Below are positions 54,701 to 64,000 of a stretch of 64,000 nucleotides of DNA, piece after piece. The position numbers and the translations under genes are program-made. The stretch covers positions 1 through 64,000 of the forward strand of contig NMRA01000534.1 in NCBI GenBank assembly GCA_002633005.1, written 5' to 3'. Positions within the stretch are counted from its first letter, which is position 1. The number at the start of each line of letters is the position of its first letter. The stretch is from Phoronis australis. Taxonomy: Eukaryota; Animalia; Phoronida. Below the pieces are notes generated by a model. That model did not search any database. It had not been told where the DNA came from and saw only the letters and a list, made by a program, of their open reading frames with translations.

Positions 54701-57700
54701 AATTTATTATATGACTGTTTAAATTCCTCATTGATTTACCAGACGCTATTTTACTGTTGGCAAATTTTGGAATGAAAATGAACTGTTGAGATCGTATACA
54801 GTTTGCATCTTAAACACAAAAAACAAGAATTTCTACAATTAGGTTTTTTGTCCCTTCTTGAAAATTCCTTGTTGTCAGGAGTGTCTTCAAATACGTGATG
54901 TAGCATTATTAATTTTTGTTTGATCCAAATTAAATGTCTGTGAAAGAATTTCACACTTAGTGCCCTGGGTACTAGATGATTTAATGTTTATTAAAAATTC
55001 ACATGAACAATTAGGATTCCTATCATACCCTGAAATACTGATCAATCATAACTGCACTCTATCAAAGTTTTACCTTATCACTGACAAGGATAAGAAATGA
55101 TTGAAAAAATAGTTAATTATGAGATAAAACATGGCTTAGTAAAGTCCTGAGGATACTTGGTCATTATCGTAAAGAGTGGTTTTGGTGGTCCCTGATTTTC
55201 AGAACCAGAGAACCTTTACTAGGAAATCGCTGATTAACACCTGTTACTCAGTGTATGAACCTTGTTTGAAAATCAGGAAGTGCCAGGAGGGACTCTTCAT
55301 TTAAAAACTGTAGTGCATGTCTTTGCAGTTAATCAAATGCAGCAGATCTCAACAACAGCACTGTCTCAAACAGAACTCTCCTCTGTCGCAGAGGTAGAAA
55401 AACTCATTGTATGGTTGACCTAGGTTTTGAAGTGTCTGGTCCTTATGAAACGAATAACTGAAGAATGGTACAGTGGGCATGCAGGGATGCTAGACTGTAT
55501 CTGCCCAGATTGGGCATTTCCTGATGTCACGACTGTATTTCACAATGCAAAAGAAAGTCTTTGGTAACATACGACCAGCAGTGATGCGGTAACTTTGGCG
55601 TAGCAACTGCTACGACAACCATGGAGACACAGGTGGATGTTTAGCATTGTGGGTAAACATCGTTGAATGTAGTAGAAAGTGTGGTAGTTCGGGACAGGGC
55701 TGTTTCAACAATCTGGCTGTCAGCAGGAACTTTGCTGAAAATGCAATTTAGCTTGTGTTACATCGTTAGAGGACCATGCTGTATATTAGCCTTTGGCTAA
55801 AGCATGTTTTATATCTATTGTATTTTATCCTCTATAAATAAAGTTTATTACTCTATCACGTTTGACCTCTCCCTTGCCTGCCTTGAGAACTGTGAAAGGG
55901 TGTGAATCCAAATTAAATATATTTTAAGCTCTTGTGAGGCTATCCTCCTAGAATCTGTCAACAACATTAGCAAAATGGATAAATAAATAGACCAGTAACC
56001 ATGAAGATGAAAAGTTTTGATACAATTTTACTACTATATCTATTCTAGGAGAGTTTGTCCTGTTAATTTGTTACCTGTTTTAGTTGAAATACTTGAGTTT
56101 TATGTAAGTTTGCCTTCCCTATCTTTTGAAGTTTCAATTATTATTGACACTAGATGGCAAGACCTTAAATTGTGATAGCGTGTCCTCATAAAACAAATTG
56201 ATTGCTTGCTCTGCAAACAAAAAGGTTTGTATAAAACAGTCAACATTTGGAGGCTGACCTCTCCCCAGGGGACAGTGCCTGTTCTTGTTGTTGATGTAGG
56301 TACCCAGAACAGCTGTGTACAGATGGTCTTTTTGGTGGATGATGTTTTGTTAGGATGTTTGACACGTGTCATGTGAGAAGACAATGGTGTGACTGTCAAC
56401 GCTAGGTCAAGGCAGTGTGTTTGACATTTGCGCCATCAAAAATTGATAATGTGGTGTACAATGTATGAATTTATATTAATTCCTATTAATTCTGATTTTT
56501 ATGGTATTGCTGTGTGTTGACAAGGCTGCTTGGTGATTTTCATGGCAGTAATCTTCAGCACATAATTTCATTAATTTAGGGCACAAAATAGGGGACAAGT
56601 GAAACTACATTTTTTCATTTTGAAATAAAAAATACCATGATTAAGTTTATGCAACTTGTGTTCATTTTAGAATAAAATTAATAGTTTTGTGTTTTTAAAG
56701 TTCTGTGCTTATGCTACTATTCTACAATATTTTGAAAAAGTGGAGGCATTCAGAGCATATTTAGAAACCCTTAGATATGAAAAGGGGTAATTTTGGCCAT
56801 AATTTTTATTTGAAATTGGGATGTTTTAAAAATAGTGGGTGATCATTATTTAACATGCTGCATTATAATCACGTTTATGTAAGTAGAGTATTAAATTGAA
56901 TTTATGTGTGATACCTGCGTAATGACTCAACTTGGCTGAAAATAGTGTGTAAATTCTGAAAAATCTCACAGTTAAAGTACATACATTAGTGCACATGTTT
57001 GTCATCAGAGGTCGCTAGCATCAGTGCTGCCAACTGCTTGAACTCCTGAATAGATACAATGGAATATATTTATTTTGGCTGGTTATGTCAATAGATCTAC
57101 AGTCATTCCTAATGCACACAGAATGGACCACATCACAGGGGCAGTAGGTATAACTGTATCATGAAGTCATTTCTTCTTTTTATTGGCATTTTCATTCTAA
57201 ATATTTGAAAGTGATTTCTGTTTATTCCTGTCCTCAGTGGTACTGAGATGGTTTAAGCAAAACCAGTTCAGGTATTCTGTTGAACAGTGTTCTCTCATAG
57301 TTAGGAATGAATTGGTATTTGTCTGGTTTGTACCGAATTTGTCATAATACATGTTCATTCATTCTCCACAGTGACACTGTTGCCGTTTTTTTGTCTTCAT
57401 CGTCTTGATACATTAAGTCTTCAATCCTATGTAATTGGTGTGGTGCTATGTTCTCTTGTAGCTGTTTATTTCTACTCGAAAATGTCATGTCACTTTCTTG
57501 TGTTTAAATTATTCAACATTTGCTACTTCTTGTTTAAATGGAGGTACGGCCATTCTGCATTGAGTTTGCCAAAATGGTCATTTTCCATATTCCGGTGACT
57601 GATTACCTTTTGAAAATTATGGGAACTTTACCAAATGTTGTTGTACAACTTGTACACACTGTAAACCATGCTTGTAGTAGACTAAATTGTTCTTTATCTT

Positions 57701-60700
57701 TACTTTTGAGGAGAAATGTAAGAAAACAGAATTTCACTTGTTGATCCTGATATTGCGGGCTTAAACAAGTAAAGGATTACCATAATGTGTAGGTGTAATT
57801 CATACATTTTTACTGATGTGTTTCAGCACAAATTGCCTGAAAATTCTCATCCCATAGGTGAATTAAAATGAAACATTTCAACTTGGGTTTATTTCACCAA
57901 GAATGTCCCCGTTCTCAAACCGCAGCTCAAAAACACCAAGCCTTTGGTCTGGGTGTAAAACACAGTCAGATGTCTGGTATTCAAAAGTCACCGTCATGGT
58001 ACTGGTCTCGAAAGTGATGAAACAAAATGAGTGTAATTCAGTGGCCTGCTGGTTGGGAACACAGGTCCTGTGAAGCAGGCTTTTACCAAGATCTCAGGGC
58101 ACTTGTCACTTTATAAGAGTCCAAAAGTGATGAAACCAAAGGGTTGTAATTCACTTTCAATGGCTAGCTGGTACTTGGAAAACAGGTCCTGTGAAGCAGG
58201 CTTTTACCGAGATCAGAAGGTACTTGTCACTTTAAAAGTCTGGAAATGAAACAAGTGACTGGCTGGTTTTGAGAACGCAGGTCCTGTGAAGCCGGGTTGT
58301 ACCAAGAACAATGTACTCAATGGTGGTACTCAGTGTTCTGGTTTTAAAGCACTAGATTTGTCCTGGTGAGGTTCTGGGAATCAATTCTATCAGGGTGGTG
58401 TTGTTCCCATTGCTTTCAACTGAGTGCTTCCTTGCAATTCTTTATGATGACATCGTTTCTCAATTGCGATTTTTCCTTATCTTAACTAAGAAGTGGGATC
58501 AAATTCTTTGGAACTTCTCAATAGGTGAAATACTACTATCTGCCTTAAAATCAATGTATTAATTTTTAAATTAAAAACTTTGATTTACACCATAGCGTGT
58601 TGTAGTATTTCACTAGAAAAGTTTCCTGGTGACCATAATCATGGTCATATTGTGTTATTTAATACGTGTATTACCTATACATTAAAGCGCTGTTTATCAG
58701 TTCCAACATTTTCTTTGCTTCAGAGATGCCATGAGCAGCCTGCATAAGTTGTACTCTGAAGTGCATGTCTCACTGGGTCAACTGATGGAGTTGTGCAAGA
58801 GTCGAAAGGATAGACTGGAGGGATATGTCAAAGTACAGCGACATAAGGAGGCAGCCAGCTGGGTAGGTGGAGAAAGACTGTTTAGGTGTCTCGATGGTCA
58901 GATGTGTACAGGGTTGGCTGGGTCAAGTAGGGATCTGGTCTTAGGGGTCGGTGTACAGTGTTGGTGGGCAGTGATCAGAAGGTTCGGGAGTTAGGGTGCA
59001 TGGTTTACCTTCAGTGTTACGAGAAGTCGATGGTCAGAAGCCTTAGTGGTTAGGGGCCTCAGGGGGTCGATGAGCAGGCTCGGTTGCCTGAATCAGATAC
59101 GGGTCAGGCCTTAGGGGTCAGTGTACAGTGCTGGTGGGTAGTGGGTAAGAGGCCTTGGGTGTCGTGGTGCATACAGTAGTTTGCTTTCAGTGTTCTGAGG
59201 CCTCAAGGGTCTGAAGGCTCGGTGGTCAGAGGCCTCAGGGGGTCATTGTGCAGGGTTGACTGAATCGGATACGGGTCAGGCCTTTGGGTTCAGTGTTGTT
59301 GAGCAGTAGTCGGAGGCCTCAGGAGTCAGAGGCGGTTACTGGCCTGAGGGGACTTTGTGCAGGGTTGACTGGACAGAGGTGAATGGCCTGGATGGACAGA
59401 GGATTCAGTGTGCTGGGTTGGCTGGGCTGTGGTGAGCCTCAACGAGCAATGTACAGGTCCAGATGGAANTTGCTTCAGAGATGCCATGAGCAGCCTGCAT
59501 AAGTTGTACTCTGAAGTGCATGTCTCACTGGGTCAACTGATGGAGTTGTGCAAGAGTCGAAAGGATAGACTGGAGGGATATGTCAAAGTACAGCGACACA
59601 AGGAGGCAGCCAGCTGGGTAGGTGGAGAAAGGCTGTTTAGGTGTCTCGATGGTCAGATGTGTACAGGGTTGGCTGGGTCAAGTAGGGATCTGGTCTTAGG
59701 GGTCGGTGTAAAGTGTTGGTGGGCAATGATCAGAAGCTTCGGTTTACCTTCAGTCTTACGATAAGTCGATGGTCAGAAGCCTTAGTGGTTAGGGGCCTCA
59801 GGGGGTCGTTGAGCACGCTGGGTTGCCTGAATCAGATAGTGGTCATGCCTTAGGTGTCCGTGTACAGCGCTGGTGGGTCAGAGGCCTTGGGTGTCGTGGT
59901 GCATACAGTAGTTTGCTTTCAGTGTTCCGAGGCCTCAAGGGTCGGAAGGCTCGGTGGTCAGAGGCCTCAGGGGGTCATTGTGCAGGGTTGACTGAATCGG
60001 ATACGGGTCAGGCCTTTGGGTTCAGTGTTGTTGAGCAGTAGTCAGAGGCCTCATGAGTCAGAGGCGGTTACTGGCCTGAGGGGACTTAGTGCAGGGTTGA
60101 CTGGACAGTGGTGAAAGGCCTGGATGGACAGAGGAGTCAGTGTGCGGGTTTGGCAAGCTGTGGTGAGCCTCAACGAGCAATGTAAAGGTGCAGATGGAAT
60201 GTGGTCTATGACCTTTAGTTAGGAGCTGCGTTTGGGCTTCGTCCAATACAAGTTGTTGAAGAGTCCCTTCACGACAGACACTTTGATGTTAAGGTTGTTT
60301 GGTGTTGGAGGATTGAAGGAGTATGTTTGGCGTGGTTTTATGATAGTCTCTGGGGCTTTGCTAGCAATGAGATTTCATCAAGGGTGTGTGTGAGACTGCC
60401 CGGGTAAATTCTGCTTTTGGCTACTAACTGTACAGAATACTGCGTTAAGAATTTGCAAAACATCTACAGAAAGGTCCTACTTACAGTCAGAATAATTTGT
60501 TGATTACACAACAATGTTTATGATTAAAAATTTTAGACGATATTCGCTCAAGCTCTCTGTATCTTCCTCTGTCATTTGCAGCTCAATAAAGCAGTTGGAC
60601 AAGACACATCAGAAAACTATAGATTAAAATGAGGTCTATATTATTTTCAAGAATGATGAGACTCGAACAGTCTTGGAATATAGCTGTCATTATAATCATT

Positions 60701-62211
60701 AGTTTTCTTATGTCTCTCTTGACAGTCTGTTTTTATTGTAGTTTTGCTGTGACTGACTCTCAGAGATAAAGAGAGCTGGAATGAACCATGAACATTGTTT
60801 TGTGTTCAACAAAGTTGGTTTCCTTCACAGAATGCAAATATTCATTGTGCAGAAGAAGCAAGTCCTGATAGGCCACACCCACCAATAATACTCTATCTTT
60901 GTAAACAATCATAAATACATTGATACACTGCAGTGCTTTGTTAGCACATTATAAAGGGGATGTGTACATTCTGAGTAACTATAGATCAAAGCTCAAGAAA
61001 GATATTACCTGAAGCAGGTGGTAATTAGCTCCTTTTGACCAGGTGAAACATCAAAGGTTTTCCACTAGTCATCTGCAATGTGTTAATCCTCATTGCTGTA
61101 ACTGACTGTGCTAATGCGAATGGAATTACTGGTAGGTGTGAACAAACTGCTACCTGTTGGCTGGGTTTGGGGGGAAGGAGACTACTGCTGACATAAGGGG
61201 GAAGTGTGCTGGGGGTCCTTACTTAGTGTCTGTGAGATATGATGCTCAGAAGTTTGTCTCTATTGTGTCGATTTTCCTACAAACAGGTGCCTCAAGAATT
61301 AAATTCTGAAAAAGGCTTCTTTTGGGTTTTAGAAAGTCTGCGAAACAAAACTTATGCCCTGCATTCTACTGAGGTGATTCATATGCTTATTTGTTGTAAA
61401 CGTTACAGACTCGTGTTTTCTCTTGAGTTGCCAAAAGTTCAACATTTTCAGAATATCTCTATTGGGACTGCTTCATAAGTATTCAAATGTAGTGGCATGG
61501 AAGGTTTTATACATACAAAGTGCCATTTCCCCTTATTATAGATTCCACTCTCTAACAATTCTTCCCTTCAAAACAGTGGAGGACCTCTGTGGCTGTGGAC
61601 ACAGTGCAAAGCTCTGTGCTGTTAAAACGGTTTAGTAGATCACCAGTACTAAACAAACATGCAGGACATGCAGTAAACACACATGTTATTTTATTTTGTC
61701 TAGTTAATCAACGTTATGAAGTGTACAATGTTTTAGTCCTTTGTTAGAATGGTTAGTTAGCTCTCATTAAGCGACATTTGGTAAAAATTTGAGCATTTTA
61801 AGCAATGCAGTAAGCATTTGATAAAGAAATTGACAGTTTTAGCGCAAATTTTTGTCACAAATTAAAGAATCTCATTTATCGTTATTTAATTTATTAAGTT
61901 TCATGACCTTGCATTGGTTATTAATATGATTTGTTAGATAACATCAGTAGTTACACCCTTCACTCATTGATAATACACTTTATCATCACCATACTTCTAA
62001 CACTGTGATGATCCTGGCCAGCTGTACCTCCATACAGCTCAAGGAACAGTTGCTGCTGCCAATCACACGTCTCTCTACCTGTTCACAGCTCACCCATTGG
62101 CTGGAGAACCAAGGGGAGGAGATACTCACCAAGCACCGTGTCCTGGCCACCAACCTGAAGGGCATCAAGGCTCAGCAGAGAGACTTTGAGAAGGCCTACT
62201 TCTCTGCGATG
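6619..62211 (+). CDS. PLEKHG4-like: PLEKHG4/PLEKHG4B/ARHGEF40-family (puratrophin-1/quattro/Solo-like) Rho guanine nucleotide exchange factor, 5' part. Proposed exons 6619-6761, 12831-12885, 13150-13230, 16521-16718, 36190-36706, 40011-40127, 49139-49262, 49826-49925, 51246-51461, 53436-53686, 58724-58862, 62089-62211; gene continues past the window
   Basis: All junctions are GT-AG and phases chain into one 688-codon open frame. Peptides resemble, from memory, the ARHGEF40/PLEKHG4B N-terminal domain (LSCFY..LPTILSQL; HGWPFCVGNKVVLHLAPL...QGDFFLCV), a Sec14-like domain (DVNFKLLQSGVAVLTGGRDCRGGPVV; GFSIAIDGR; LHKFISPDQLNTEFGGSLAYDHDEWVSFRMRLEPF) and spectrin-like helices (LTHWLENQGEEIL). Exons 1-3 are less certain than exons 4-12. 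Confidence 0.85.
7440..7858. mobile_element. MITE family C, second copy
   Basis: Shares tttaaggact.agtcccta, attattagaaaat.t.cat.a.tcaaag and the right TIR gagtcc.tat.tggg.ctg..tttcatg.aa with 32148-32561. Confidence 0.7.
8237..9190 (+). mobile_element. DINE-1/HINE-like (non-autonomous Helentron-type) element, near full length and diverged
   Basis: Starts in a T run with atgtgccc and ends gggtgcatt plus a small hairpin (caatgc-ttt-gtgttg). Internal segments match 53983-54490 (gccacct.gtggccattt...ttttcaagtc.gtttttt). Confidence 0.6.
11834..12280. mobile_element. MITE family A (PIF/Harbinger-like), copy 1
   Basis: Ends taaagtcccatttac...gtaaaccgcactta; collinear similarity along the whole of 45990-46395. 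Confidence 0.75.
12831..12885 (+). CDS. Candidate 55-nt small exon (R-QQCGCTVPLNKHCLLTSE)
   Basis: tttccttaaAG acceptor and GAA|GTATGG donor; phase 2 to 0, which reconciles exon 6619-6761 with exon 13150. Confidence 0.4.
13150..13230 (+). CDS. Coding exon (RPVSYTVTYNVEEDHSEDSLIVGSHAQ)
   Basis: atttttcAG acceptor, CAG|GTAATG donor, 81 nt, phase 0/0, joins in frame to 16521. Confidence 0.6.
15465..15607. mobile_element. 143-bp MITE with perfect 13-bp TIRs
   Basis: catgggcggcgca ... tgcgccgcccatg enclosing two copies of gggg.tg.g.g.gct.tagcccccactt. Confidence 0.75.
16521..16718 (+). CDS. Coding exon, start of ARHGEF40/PLEKHG4B-type N-terminal domain
   Basis: tttacccccAG acceptor, CAG|GTGAGG donor, 66 codons KCAQSDEVLVAKLSCFYTAAALPTILSQLDVV...EEIYTLVTQ. 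Confidence 0.8.
19984..20286. mobile_element. MITE family B, inverted shorter copy with a nested small insertion (~20100-20238)
   Basis: 19988-20070 is the reverse complement of ~45490-45571; the far end gtgtgaaagggtctta matches the other TIR; the interior is an unrelated G/C-run element. Confidence 0.6.
23016..23160. repeat. Degenerate short tandem repeat (tgtatgcatgatt-like, ~21 bp)
   Basis: Repeated gtatgc.tgatt units. Confidence 0.7.
23971..24270. mobile_element. GC-rich non-autonomous DNA transposon fragment
   Basis: Abrupt CpG/G-run-rich block beginning cagggtttccc within AT-rich intron; boundaries approximate. Confidence 0.4.
24284..25058. repeat. ~266-bp near-identical direct duplication (24284-24549 and 24792-25057)
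   Basis: I saw one substitution between copies; the first copy ends exactly at the single N at 24550. Confidence 0.9.
30080..30288 (-). mobile_element. Degenerate copy of the same SINE (B box lost)
   Basis: Collinear similarity with 1320-1552 (gtgggccc.ttgcactga; aacc.agctg.agga..taga.acctg; acgacct.gagt.aa; a.gccaca). Confidence 0.7.
32148..32561. mobile_element. MITE family C
   Basis: Long TIRs gcccagttgcatgaaacaatcccaaatagggactcaacta / tagctgagtccctatatggggct...gtttcatgtaactggc; related copy at 7440-7858. Confidence 0.75.
34531..34760 (+). pseudogene. Frameshifted THAP zinc-finger fragment (transposase N-terminus)
   Basis: DVSGGCSNSSQAENVSVF in one frame, then PKDTKVAHKWHDFVRRTRMWD...TLCSAHFEDSCF in another, matching the THAP C..P..W..CxxHF..F pattern; ends in TAA. 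Confidence 0.8.
34794..35042 (-). pseudogene. Disrupted acidic ORF start, KolX-like (tentative)
   Basis: caATGGCG start at 35042; MAETREFESDDD*EQELNEYYEEMHGNGGQDEETG..., then FEPYKLDPPARE after a frameshift; convergent with the THAP fragment. Confidence 0.45.
36190..36706 (+). CDS. Coding exon, N-terminal domain with GWP motif
   Basis: tatttccAG acceptor; NEAWLTDVAHGWPFCVGNKVVLHLAPLDLKTISLHQGDFFLCV...LKTCLVRTENNVEKL; donor AAG|GTGGGT in phase 1 (an alternative phase-1 donor follows 36694). Confidence 0.85.
40011..40127 (+). CDS. Coding exon leading into the Sec14/CRAL-TRIO-like domain
   Basis: tattgttatAG acceptor in phase 1; ...GIMDVNFKLLQSGVAVLT; CAG|GTAGGA donor. The 5' boundary is less sure because the frame is open back to 39698. 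Confidence 0.75.
45067..45571. mobile_element. MITE family B (Harbinger-like), copy 1
   Basis: TIR-like ends ggccctttcata / tataaaaggccc in TA/TTA context; internal gttaactg and cgttcatactg subrepeats. Confidence 0.7.
45990..46395. mobile_element. MITE family A, copy 2
   Basis: Shares aacttttggccca.cgcaactgacacgg, gcaggtttacaaatg, caagcgcagtaga and ttcgcgtttagacatataatt with 11834-12280. Confidence 0.75.
47371..47612. mobile_element. MITE-like fold-back element
   Basis: Ends cggttccaagaaaattgactta / taagtcagtttcttggaccgg; internal cttaagtttgactaa and agacaaatcttaca subrepeats. Confidence 0.7.
48608..48690. repeat. Dispersed repeat with gaaccagttt...aaactggttc inverted core (also ~62654-62735; inverted at ~40572-40620 and ~29706-29760)
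   Basis: cggattttg.gaaccagttt...gatgcc...attca...gagaaaactggttc.caa...gggacc.ctgt.agtg is shared between copies. Confidence 0.65.
49139..49262 (+). CDS. Coding exon, Sec14-like domain
   Basis: ttttttaccattcAG acceptor; GGRDCRGGPVVTMVTKPSIWSSVSVSPKDLAKLLTYYYQVP; AAG|GTAAGG donor. Confidence 0.92.
49826..49925 (+). CDS. Coding exon, Sec14-like domain
   Basis: tcttttcAG acceptor; REHVRQKGFSIAIDGRDASIDMFDVLFDALFFLQ; CAG|GTAAAT donor. Confidence 0.92.
51246..51461 (+). CDS. Coding exon, end of Sec14-like domain
   Basis: ccaacttAG acceptor; ANIANAISVVHVIADD...LHKFISPDQLNTEFGGSLAYDHDEWVSFRM; ATG|GTAAGA donor. Confidence 0.93.
53436..53686 (+). CDS. Coding exon, spectrin-like helical region
   Basis: ttttgcttccAG acceptor; RLEPFMDNCTSVGGMLVNAMRKL...LVSLQTEGAAIIQIL...EDY; AA|GTAAGA donor in phase 2. 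Confidence 0.9.
53983..54490 (+). mobile_element. DINE-1/HINE-like element, 5' part
   Basis: T run, sub-terminal repeat aatgcgcccac with nearby inverted partner gtggacgcatt, then a (TCCG)n-like microsatellite and core repeats. This layout is typical of DINE-1/pearl-type elements. Confidence 0.7.
58010..58310. repeat. ~100-120 bp tandem repeat, about 3 copies
   Basis: caggtcctgtgaagc recurs at ~58062, ~58183 and ~58278, with aaagtgatgaaac and acttgtcacttta in register. Confidence 0.8.
58724..58862 (+). CDS. Coding exon, spectrin-like helical region
   Basis: ttctttgcttcAG acceptor; DAMSSLHKLYSEVHVSLGQLMELCKSRKDRLEGYVKVQRHKEAASW; TGG|GTAGGT donor. Confidence 0.9.
58890..59468. repeat. G-rich degenerate minisatellite in intron
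   Basis: Recurrent ggtcagaggcctcagggggtc, gtgcagggttgactg and ggtcaggccttaggggtc motifs. Confidence 0.6.
59479..59617 (+). other. Second near-identical copy of exon 58724-58862 (probably the other allele assembled in tandem)
   Basis: The block 59470-~60200 repeats 58715-59468 and starts right after a single N (59469). The exon differs only by a synonymous CAT/CAC change. Confidence 0.75.
62089..62211 (+). CDS. Coding exon, spectrin repeat-like
   Basis: ctctctacctgttcacAG acceptor; LTHWLENQGEEILTKHRVLATNLKGIKAQQRDFEKAYFSAM; ATG|GTGAGT donor. Confidence 0.92.
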
Positions 62212-62983
62212 GTGAGTACTTATACACAGAGTTTGGTTAGGCCACACAAATACTGTAGTCAAGGAAACTGTTCAAATTTGGTTGTGATAATTATGCACCC
62301 TTGTCACCATCAGTACTAGAAAATCTGCAACCTCCAAATGATATGTGGCACATGCGTGAGTAGAAAAGTAAAACTTCACGATTTCTGGACATGACCAGTT
62401 TATTGTTTGTAAATAATAACAGTGGTCTATTTTAACATGCCAATTTGATGGATAGAAATAAACTGGAGGGTATCCGAAGAGCTTCAAAAGTTTTATCTGC
62501 CTAGTGGAAATTTGCAAGTGTTATGGAGCAAGCATGGTGCAAATTGCACGCTGTGTTTTCGGCTCCATAAGATCTTCTTTTCCATTCATTGATGATGAAA
62601 CAAACTTGTATAGTTATACATTGTTTTGAACAAGAGTCTTTTGCAATGATATCGGATTTTGAGAACCAGTTTTTGGATGCCTATTATTCAGTGGAGAAAA
62701 CTGGTTCCCAAATTGCGGGACCTCTGTGAGTGACTCTGGCTGAGCATGGCACTGTTATTTTTACAGCAAAAATGAGAAAAAGAAGTCCCCCTATGCAATG
62801 CTATTTCAATTAGTTGTCTTGTAAACAGACAAAACTCAGTTTTCACACATGGGTGAAGATTTTAAATATGGCTCGGAGCTCTTCAAACGTGGGTCAAAAA
62901 TTCCAAATACATCTCTGAATATTTCAAATATAGTCCTGCACTATGTTAGAATAAATGTAAGAAGAAAATAACACTATTGTAAC

Positions 62984-63128
62984 AAAAATGCATCCATAAT
63001 TTGTTGAAATCTCAACAATTCCTGTCAAAAATGCATGCTTAATATGTTGAAATCTCACCAATTCTTTCAAAAATGCATGTGTAATATGTTGAAATCTCAC
63101 AAATTCTTGCCAAAAAATCTCCACAATT
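62984..63128. repeat. ~42-bp tandem repeat, 3+ copies
   Basis: aaaaatgcat....taat.tgttgaaatctca..aattc repeated three times. Confidence 0.85.
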
Positions 63129-64000
63129 GGCCTTGATATTTTCTGGAGTCTTTTACCATTGCACTTATTGCCCACAATTTCCCAGAAGAACATTATCTCA
63201 AAACTTAGGTGAATAGTTATGGTATTGACTATGAGTCAAGGTTATCCACAGCAACAGGGCAAAAATAACTGTGTTTGTTGAAAAGTCAAATTAAAAGGGC
63301 ATTAAACTGGTGTCTTTCAGTCAAAAACAATGTTTGATTTAGTCCCCTTCATCTCACTTATGTTTCTTACGCATCAGTGATTTCTAGACTTGAAAGAACA
63401 CTTCATACTAGACCCATTAAGTCAGCCATGTTTCAGTGACCATGGAAGTATAGCCTCTGGTAGAATGTCAGGTGATGTACATTTATAGTTTGATACGAAT
63501 TTGAAATTTAAATTGGAAATTGCAAGCTAATTGCTTATTTCCGTGATTGTGTGGCCATATTAGTTAGAAACACAACATACAATGACGATATGAATATGAA
63601 GTAGCTTTAAAATTGCCAAATGTTTTTAAGAATGAGTTTGTGGCGAAAATGGTCCACCGCTAATCACTGAAACATGTCCAGTAAAGTATCGTGACATGGT
63701 GCTAGGGAATATCACTGCATGTCCGTCATTAGTGCGGAGGTCACCTAGCTGCAGAATTATATGGTTTCACATTTACATATTGTCACTGAATACAACTGCA
63801 CTTTGTTTAGGGTAGATTATGTTAAGACAGCATTGTCGCTTTATTCCTGCTATACATTAGCATAGTTAGGAGTATGCAAATACATCTTTACACTAAATGA
63901 TAAGAATCTCATGATGTTTGTTTGGAAGAGCAAATGCGCTTGTGAAGAAAGTTGATGTTTTTAACACCAGAACATAGGTTGTAGCTTCATCGATCTTATC

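Overview
AT-rich eukaryotic (animal) genomic DNA from a draft assembly, with one 631-N gap and several single-N contig joins. The repeat types and apparent heterozygosity suggest a marine invertebrate, possibly a non-vertebrate deuterostome (inference only). The window is dominated by the 5' part of one long-intron, + strand gene of the PLEKHG4 / PLEKHG4B / ARHGEF40 (puratrophin-1 / quattro / Solo) Rho-GEF family. I could assemble 12 phase-consistent coding exons (6619-62211, 2064 nt, 688 codons); the first three are tentative. They encode the family's N-terminal domain, a Sec14/CRAL-TRIO-like domain and spectrin-like helices. The DH-PH part must lie beyond the window. Introns carry many non-autonomous transposons: tRNA-derived SINEs, DINE-1/Helentron-like elements, Harbinger-like MITEs, and an internally deleted Kolobok-like element with THAP and KolX-like remnants. 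Best leads are a candidate internal alternative first exon, a G-U-rich rod hairpin at 779-950, a SINE running into a structured 57-bp array, and the Kolobok remnant. Two apparent tandem duplications are probably assembly artefacts. No prokaryotic system, CRISPR array, rRNA or true tRNA was seen.
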